Assembly (NCBI GenBank): GCA_031426555.1
Contig: JANPLN010000062.1
Span: 16,780 to 80,779, forward strand
Direction: 5' to 3'
DNA: 64,000 nt
Source: Bdellovibrionales bacterium
Lineage (GTDB): Bacteria > Bdellovibrionota > Bdellovibrionia > Bdellovibrionales > JAGQZY01
The position numbers and the translations under genes are program-made. Positions 58,086-64,000 of this stretch are shown one piece after another; the first letter of the stretch is position 1; each line of letters begins with the position of its first letter. The notes below the pieces were generated by a model. That model was not told the origin of the DNA. It made no database searches and worked only from the letters and a program-made list of their open reading frames with translations.

Positions 58086-58826
58086 ATGATGCTTGAGACC
58101 TGGCTTGCACAAGGCCCCTACACCCTATCACTCTGCAGCCATTTTTTCGGCTTCTACAGCCATACGGCTATTGTGGAACAACTTTATAATGCAGAATTTA
58201 AACCCACGAAGCTTACGGGCACTAGTGCTGGTGCTCTCGTCGCCGGCGTTCTGGCCTCGAGAGTTCCGTTCAAAGAATTTAAAGAATTGCTGTTTTCCAA
58301 AACTGAGCACGACTACTGGGACCCAAAACTTGGCCTGGGGCTGTTAGGTGGAAAAAAGTTTCAGTCACTTTTACAATCGCTTCTGGTTGCTGATTTTTCA
58401 CAGACGGTGATTCCACTCGCAGTGGGTGTGGCCGAACTTCCTTTTTTAAAGATGAAGTTTTTGGCTTCTGGCAACCTGCCCCACGCGGTGCTTGCTTCTT
58501 GTGCGGTTCCGTTTTTGTTTCCCCCTGTTAAAGTGGCGGGAACTTGGTACTACGATGGCGGCCTTTTACAAAAAACAGGAATTGATCCTCAAGACAAAAA
58601 CGAGCGAGTGCTCAACGTTTACCTGAGCTCCAACGTCAGCCACATACAAACCCTGCAACCGCGTAAAAATGTTTGGGGTCCCAACCACAGAGTGCTGTAT
58701 TTGCCAAGGGCGCCCAAGGTCAATTTTCGCAATCTGTCCTCTGGTGTTGGCGCTTATAACGAAACTCTTAATCGCGCAAAAAATCTTTTACAAAGAGAGT
58801 TCCGCGACAATGTAATTACGCTCTAA
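58086..58826 (+). CDS. Patatin-like phospholipase
   Basis: GTSAG nucleophile, ASCAVP and DGG motifs. Confidence 0.85.
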   Translation: MMLETWLAQGPYTLSLCSHFFGFYSHTAIVEQLYNAEFKPTKLTGTSAGALVAGVLASRVPFKEFKELLFSKTEHDYWDPKLGLGLLGGKKFQSLLQSLLVADFSQTVIPLAVGVAELPFLKMKFLASGNLPHAVLASCAVPFLFPPVKVAGTWYYDGGLLQKTGIDPQDKNERVLNVYLSSNVSHIQTLQPRKNVWGPNHRVLYLPRAPKVNFRNLSSGVGAYNETLNRAKNLLQREFRDNVITL

Positions 58827-59244
58827 AAGTTTTTAAATCTACAGCCGGATATTCTTCTTCGTAGCTTTCGCCATTTGTGCCAAAATAACTCACTTTGCGC
58901 CCCATAAAATCGGCATCATAACCAATGACACCAGCGCTCCAAGCAGCTTGGAGAAACTCCTGGAATGTCATTTTGCCTTTTTGATCAGCTCTGATCGCTT
59001 CAATCAACGCCTCTTCATCAAATTCGGGAACATCGTGGGTTCCTGTGACAAGTGGCGTTCCTTGTTGAACCACAGCTCCGTCATCCATCAAAAACACCGA
59101 CTGACAGGATGGCAGCGACCAACTATTAATATGCACACCCGCTTCGCGAAGCACTTCGGCCAGGACTGGAAAGCCCCCCACTTTAGGACGGATGGATAGA
59201 CCTTTTTTTTGGGCGGCAAGCAGATGTTCGGAAAGTTGACTCAT
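58816..59244 (-). CDS. DUF1398 family protein
   Basis: RPKVGGFP.LAE.LR.AGV and DQ.G..TF.EF...W.AGV motifs. Confidence 0.85.
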   Translation of the reverse strand: MSQLSEHLLAAQKKGLSIRPKVGGFPVLAEVLREAGVHINSWSLPSCQSVFLMDDGAVVQQGTPLVTGTHDVPEFDEEALIEAIRADQKGKMTFQEFLQAAWSAGVIGYDADFMGRKVSYFGTNGESYEEEYPAVDLKTFRA

Positions 59245-59382
59245 AGATTCTCCTCGTGGGTCGGGATGAAAGTACCAAATCTGGATGTCAAATCAAGACT
59301 TCTTAACGGCAATTCAGCACATGAGCTTTGACCCTCTTTTCACGCGCGAGTAGCATAGAATCTCATAAACCAGGGAGGCCTT

Positions 59383-59766
59383 TTGCTAATAACCATTCAT
59401 ACAGATAATCATATTCAAGGTCGCGAGGATGTAGCGCAAACCGTCGAGGAAATGGTGGCTGATGCCATTGGTGATTTTAGCGAATGGATCACGCGCGTAG
59501 AAGTTCACTTAAGTGATGTCAACGCGGGTAAGGGCGGAGCAGACGATAAACGCTGTGTTATTGATGCGCATCCTAAGGGCTCAGCACACATCGCCTCTCA
59601 TCACAATTCTGGCACAGTCAAAGAAGCCATTGAAGGTTCTTTGGAAAAGTTGATGACGATGTTGCAGAAGATTCACGACAAACGAATTGATAAGCAACGA
59701 CGCCCAGGATCTGTGCCAAGTTCTACTACAATCACAGAGATGGATTCAACGGATTCGGCGGAATAA
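59383..59766 (+). CDS. HPF/RaiA family ribosome-associated protein
   Basis: [23 protein letters not shown] motif. Confidence 0.85.
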   Translation: MLITIHTDNHIQGREDVAQTVEEMVADAIGDFSEWITRVEVHLSDVNAGKGGADDKRCVIDAHPKGSAHIASHHNSGTVKEAIEGSLEKLMTMLQKIHDKRIDKQRRPGSVPSSTTITEMDSTDSAE

Positions 59767-60775
59767 TTTTTGAGGCAGACGTCTTTGCTTGCATAATGAG
59801 TTCATAAGACATCAATCGATCCTGCGGCTCGAATGTGTCAGAGGTCATGATGAGTTCATCGGCGCCGGTGGCGGCGATGAGTTTGTCGAGCTTTGTGCGA
59901 ACCGTTTGCGCACTGCCAGTGACGAGAAGTCCTAGCATTGATTCTACAGCGGCTTTTTCATTATGTGTCCAAATCATATTGATATTGGGAACTGGTGGTT
60001 TAAAAAGTCGGCGATCGCCTCGCACCATTCCTAAGAATGCTTGTTGTAAACTTGTGGCTAAAAAGCTGGCGCGCTCATCGGTCTCTGCAGCGATAACTGG
60101 AACACCCACCATCACATAGGGTTTTTGCAAGTGGTCCGAGGGTTGGAACTGCGCTCGGTAAATTTCAAAGGCCTGTTCCATCGCGCCCGGTGCGAAGTGC
60201 CCAGCAAAGGCGTAGGGCCGCCCGAGTCGTGCCGCTAAGCGCGCGCTGTAAAGACTGGAGCCTAAAATATAAATTGGCATTTTGATTCCCATGCCGGGAA
60301 TAGCTTTTATTTTTTGACCCGGTTGTGCATCCTGAAAAAAGAACATCAGCTCTTCGATGAGTTCCGTAAAATCTGGTTCCTGTGAAGCGCGGGGGCCGCG
60401 AATGGCGCGCATTGTGGCTTGATCCGTTCCCGGTGCTCGCCCCAAGCCGAGATCAATACGATCTGGATACAACGTCGCCAACGTTCCAAAATTTTCAGCC
60501 ACCACCATGGGTGAGTGATTGGGAAGCATGATTCCACCGGAACCCACGCGTATGCTTTTTGTGTTCTCGGCGATGTGGCCAATAAGCACTGCCGTAGCGG
60601 CACTGGTAATGCCTTCGATGTTGTGATGCTCGGCCAACCAAAAGCGCTTGTAACCCAGTTGCTCCACGTGCTGAGCAAGTTTTTTGGAATGAGCGAAAGC
60701 ATCGGCAATGGTTTTGCCTTCTGCAACTTTTGCTAAATCTAGAACTGAAATTTCGGTGGTCGAAAGATTTTTCAT
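59732..60775 (-). CDS. LLM class flavin-dependent oxidoreductase
   Basis: [19 protein letters not shown] and [11 protein letters not shown] motifs; start at ATG 60775 overlaps the radD stop. Confidence 0.93.
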   Translation of the reverse strand: MKNLSTTEISVLDLAKVAEGKTIADAFAHSKKLAQHVEQLGYKRFWLAEHHNIEGITSAATAVLIGHIAENTKSIRVGSGGIMLPNHSPMVVAENFGTLATLYPDRIDLGLGRAPGTDQATMRAIRGPRASQEPDFTELIEELMFFFQDAQPGQKIKAIPGMGIKMPIYILGSSLYSARLAARLGRPYAFAGHFAPGAMEQAFEIYRAQFQPSDHLQKPYVMVGVPVIAAETDERASFLATSLQQAFLGMVRGDRRLFKPPVPNINMIWTHNEKAAVESMLGLLVTGSAQTVRTKLDKLIAATGADELIMTSDTFEPQDRLMSYELIMQAKTSASKIIPPNPLNPSL

Positions 60776-62514
60776 CGCACTAACTCCTCGGCAAAAACCT
60801 TTTCGGTGATTTTCCAAAATTTGTCTTGCTTGCGAGCAATCACGAATGATGGCAGACGAAAAAGGCTTTGGTATTTGAGCACGTCCTGGGGCTTTTGAAT
60901 TTCGATGGCAAGCTCGGGCCGCTTGAGGTGCGAGCGCAAAAAATTGATATTAAATTTTTTGATGGACGATGGATTGCTAAAAAAATGCGCCTCGCTCACG
61001 TACTGCGCATCGTAATCGTAGTAGCGAATTTCTAAATAGGAGTTCGAGTTTTTATCTTTGCGTTCTTCAAAGGTGATTCGATCGGGCGTAAGAATATGGG
61101 CGTTTTTCGAAAGCTTGGCTTGTTTGAGTTTCGCGTCGGCATCGATGAGCACCGCCTTGCACTTCTCGCAGGCGCGGGCCGTGATGTCGTTTTCGCTTCC
61201 ACAGCTATGACAGAGTTTAAAACGAAAGCGAAACCCGCACGGAGTGACGTTGTAAGTTTTAGGATCGCGCTTTCCCCCGCGGCACTGTCTGCCAAAGTGT
61301 TCGGTGATTTCGCCAAATTCGTCGAGGCGCCCCCAAAAATCATTTTCGTAACCACAACTGGGGCACGGAATGCGCACAGCCACGGTGTCTTTAGCCGGTC
61401 GCTTGTCGCTGATCTCAGGCGTGTAAATATCGTGTCCCATACCGGTGTAATCCAGAATGTAGCAGTCTTTTTTTTCGTCGGAGAGGCGCAGTCCTCGGCC
61501 GACGATCTGCTGATACAAACTGTTGGATTCTGTGGGTCGTAAGATGGCAATCACATCCACATGGGGCGCATCAAATCCGGTGGTTAACACCGAAACATTG
61601 ACGAGGTATTTGAATTTTTTGTTTTTAAAATCTTCAACAATTGAGTTTCGCTCTTCCATGTCTGTGTCGCCAATGACAAGTCGCGCGTCAGCCGCCGGAA
61701 GATAGGTCATGATCTCTTGTGCGTGGCGGACAGAGCCGCTAAAAATCATGACACCTTTGCGCTCGAAGCGCTCAGTGATATCAATGATGTTGTTGATAAT
61801 AAATGGAGTGAGTCGTTTTTGGCTTTTTAAAACCTCTTCCACCTCGGCAGCGGTGAACACTCGGTCCTTGTCGGAAAGTTCGGAAAAATCATAACAAGTC
61901 ACCGGTATGTCCACTTTGACTGGCGTGGTTAAAAATTTATTTTTGATCATGTACGACAGCGGAAGCTCGTACACGCACTGTTTAAAAAAACGTTTCTTAT
62001 CAGTTTTAATTTCGCCTTCGGCGGAGGTTTCGTAAATCCACCCCAGTCCCAAACGATAAGGAGTGGCTGTGAGACCAAGGATACACAGTTTCGCGTTTCG
62101 CTCGTTGAGCTTTTTTATAACATCTTGGTATTGCGTTGAGCCCTCTTCGGCTACGCGGTGGCACTCGTCAATAACAAGAAGAGAGAAATCATTAAAAAAA
62201 TCATCTGGAGCGCGCGCCACCGATTGCACGCTGCCGAAAATCACTTTTTGCTGCCAGTCTTTTTTTCCGAGACTTGCCGAAAAAATTCCCGCTTCGAGAT
62301 TATAACTTTTGTACTTTTCGTGATTTTGCTCGACCAGCTCCTTCACGTGAGCCAAAACCAAAACACGGCCATTGGCGATGCGAGCAAGCTCGGCGATGAC
62401 CAAACTCTTGCCCGCCCCCGTGGGAAGTACAATCATCGCAGGATCGCGTCTTACACGAAAGTATTGAATCGTGTTGTTGACCGCTTGCTGTTGGTAATCG
62501 CGAAGTTTATACAT
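60772..62514 (-). CDS. radD: DEAD/DEAH-box helicase RadD (YejH)
   Basis: [29 protein letters not shown] and QIVGRGLR motifs; C-terminal zinc fingers. Confidence 0.9.
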   Translation of the reverse strand: MYKLRDYQQQAVNNTIQYFRVRRDPAMIVLPTGAGKSLVIAELARIANGRVLVLAHVKELVEQNHEKYKSYNLEAGIFSASLGKKDWQQKVIFGSVQSVARAPDDFFNDFSLLVIDECHRVAEEGSTQYQDVIKKLNERNAKLCILGLTATPYRLGLGWIYETSAEGEIKTDKKRFFKQCVYELPLSYMIKNKFLTTPVKVDIPVTCYDFSELSDKDRVFTAAEVEEVLKSQKRLTPFIINNIIDITERFERKGVMIFSGSVRHAQEIMTYLPAADARLVIGDTDMEERNSIVEDFKNKKFKYLVNVSVLTTGFDAPHVDVIAILRPTESNSLYQQIVGRGLRLSDEKKDCYILDYTGMGHDIYTPEISDKRPAKDTVAVRIPCPSCGYENDFWGRLDEFGEITEHFGRQCRGGKRDPKTYNVTPCGFRFRFKLCHSCGSENDITARACEKCKAVLIDADAKLKQAKLSKNAHILTPDRITFEERKDKNSNSYLEIRYYDYDAQYVSEAHFFSNPSSIKKFNINFLRSHLKRPELAIEIQKPQDVLKYQSLFRLPSFVIARKQDKFWKITEKVFAEELVR

Positions 62515-62523
62515 TCAGCTATC

Positions 62524-63828
62524 CTACTTTAAACGCCATTCGTTTTCGGTGATCAGACGAGCTCCCCGTTTTGAAAATAAATAACTCCAGGTCCACTGCA
62601 CCATCACTGCCACTCGGTTTTTAAAACCAACAAGATACAGAACATGAATAAAGAACCAAGCCATCCACGCTAAAAAGCCCGTCATTTTAAAGCGCCCCGC
62701 CTGCACAATGGCGCGATTTTTTCCTATGGTCGCCATTAAACCTTTGTCGTAATATTTAAAATCTTCCACTGTTTGCCCCTTGATGGTGGCGAGAATGTTT
62801 TTGGCGGCGTAACGACCGGCTTGCATAGCCGCGGGCGCTAGGCCGGGCACCCACCGGTTGGGACCCCATTGAACGGCTGCAAGATCGCCAGTGACGAACA
62901 CCTCGGGGAAGCCAGGAATGGAAAGATCGGGGTTGACGATGATCCGCCCGGCAGGATCGCGGGCCACCTGCTCGTCAAATAAAATTGGCGACGCCTGCAC
63001 TCCCGCTGCCCAAAGAACACACCTTGATTTAATAAACTCTTTTGTGGTTTGCACGCCTTCGATAGTGATGTCCTCGACCCGCGTTGAAACTCGCACGTCG
63101 ACGCCTAGAGATTGCAAATCTTTGATCGCAGAAAGAGAAAGATCTTCGGAAAACTGCGATAAAATTCGCGGGCCCGCTTCGACCAAAATAATTTTAGTTT
63201 GCGACGGGTCAATATTGCGAAAATCATGCAAGAGAACTGTTTTGCTAATGTCGGCGATGGCACCGGCCAGCTCCACTCCCGTGGGTCCGCCACCGACAAC
63301 AACAAAACTTAAAAGCTCGGATCTCAATACAGGATTGATTTCGTTTTCGGCGCGTTCAAAAATCGAGAGGATGCGCGTTCGGATTTCGATGGCCTGTTCC
63401 AGAGTTTTTAAGCCTGGGGCGAACTCTTCCCACTCGGGTTTGCCAAAATAGGAATGGCGAGCTCCGCAAGCGAGGATAAGGTAATCGTATTCGAGATGAA
63501 TGGGCTTTTTAAATTCCAAAGCGCTGGAATTGGAAATCAGTTTTTGCTTAAGGTGAACTCTTTCCACGTTTTCCATATGGATTTCCACATTGGAATTTTT
63601 TGAAAACTCCGCGCGAATGGGAACAGCGATGTCGCTGGGATCGAGACCCGCTGTGGCCACTTGGTACAGCAGCGGTTGAAACAAGTGATGATTGCGCTCG
63701 TCGATGAGAATAACCTGAACGTCGCGCTTATTCGCGAGAGCTTTTACGGCATTAAAACCCGCAAAGCCCGCGCCCACCACGGCGACGATTTTTTTTCCTT
63801 TGGCTTTTGCTGGGTGAATCAACTTCAT
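62524..63828 (-). CDS. ndh: Type II NADH dehydrogenase
   Basis: GAGFAG, FQPLLYQVAT, GGGPTGVELAG, WAAGV and KGLMATIG motifs. Confidence 0.93.
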   Translation of the reverse strand: MKLIHPAKAKGKKIVAVVGAGFAGFNAVKALANKRDVQVILIDERNHHLFQPLLYQVATAGLDPSDIAVPIRAEFSKNSNVEIHMENVERVHLKQKLISNSSALEFKKPIHLEYDYLILACGARHSYFGKPEWEEFAPGLKTLEQAIEIRTRILSIFERAENEINPVLRSELLSFVVVGGGPTGVELAGAIADISKTVLLHDFRNIDPSQTKIILVEAGPRILSQFSEDLSLSAIKDLQSLGVDVRVSTRVEDITIEGVQTTKEFIKSRCVLWAAGVQASPILFDEQVARDPAGRIIVNPDLSIPGFPEVFVTGDLAAVQWGPNRWVPGLAPAAMQAGRYAAKNILATIKGQTVEDFKYYDKGLMATIGKNRAIVQAGRFKMTGFLAWMAWFFIHVLYLVGFKNRVAVMVQWTWSYLFSKRGARLITENEWRLK

Positions 63829-63845
63829 CTCAAAATCCTATCCTA

Positions 63846-64000
63846 TTAAAAACGCTTTTCCCATTGAAGAACCAGTCGTCCTTCTTGGCGGTTGTATTGA
63901 TTGGGGGCCCAACTGGCCGTGAGCATCCAACGGGTCGACACGCGCTTGCGCAGTTCGAAATTTGTCGCCTGCTCCCAATTTGTGCCAACACCAGCGGTCA
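63846..64000 (-). CDS. C-terminus of a TamB-like protein (runs off the window end)
   Basis: Manual translation ...TAGVGTNWEQATNFELRKRVSTRWMLTASW...RLVLQWEKRF*: alternating beta-strands ending in Phe. Confidence 0.55.
   Translation of the reverse strand, partial: TAGVGTNWEQATNFELRKRVSTRWMLTASWAPNQYNRQEGRLVLQWEKRF

Overview
Bacterial chromosomal window, most likely from a Bdellovibrionota-type (deltaproteobacterial, predatory-lineage) genome; this is inferred from gene content and protein style, not from a database search. From left to right: the flagellar export/switch operon fliL-M-N-O-P-Q-R (minus strand, with a clear sigma54 promoter), a SPOR protein, the PcrA/UvrD helicase and a 161-bp palindromic element. 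Next come housekeeping and orphan genes, and a general-stress gene block bounded by a degenerate copy of the tmRNA promoter/5' end. After the tmRNA gene lie a decaying redox/detox islet, Kup and a VTC-DUF4956-CYTH/arylsulfotransferase cluster. The most notable locus (about 39.3-47.4 kb) is IS-flanked. It encodes a C39-peptidase ABC exporter with two N-terminal cNMP-like domains, HlyD and TolC, plus a convergent 79-aa gene with a double-glycine leader and a Gly/Ser/Lys-rich, two-Cys core. This is a candidate uncharacterised microcin/bacteriocin-like secreted peptide system with no maturase in the window. It is followed by a second C39 pair (PA2779/PA2778-like), an ATM1-type ABC transporter, a Ku/LigD NHEJ cluster with back-to-back sigma54-like promoters, RadD, NDH-2 and a partial TamB-like gene. 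No CRISPR array, rRNA, tRNA, integrase or prophage was seen.
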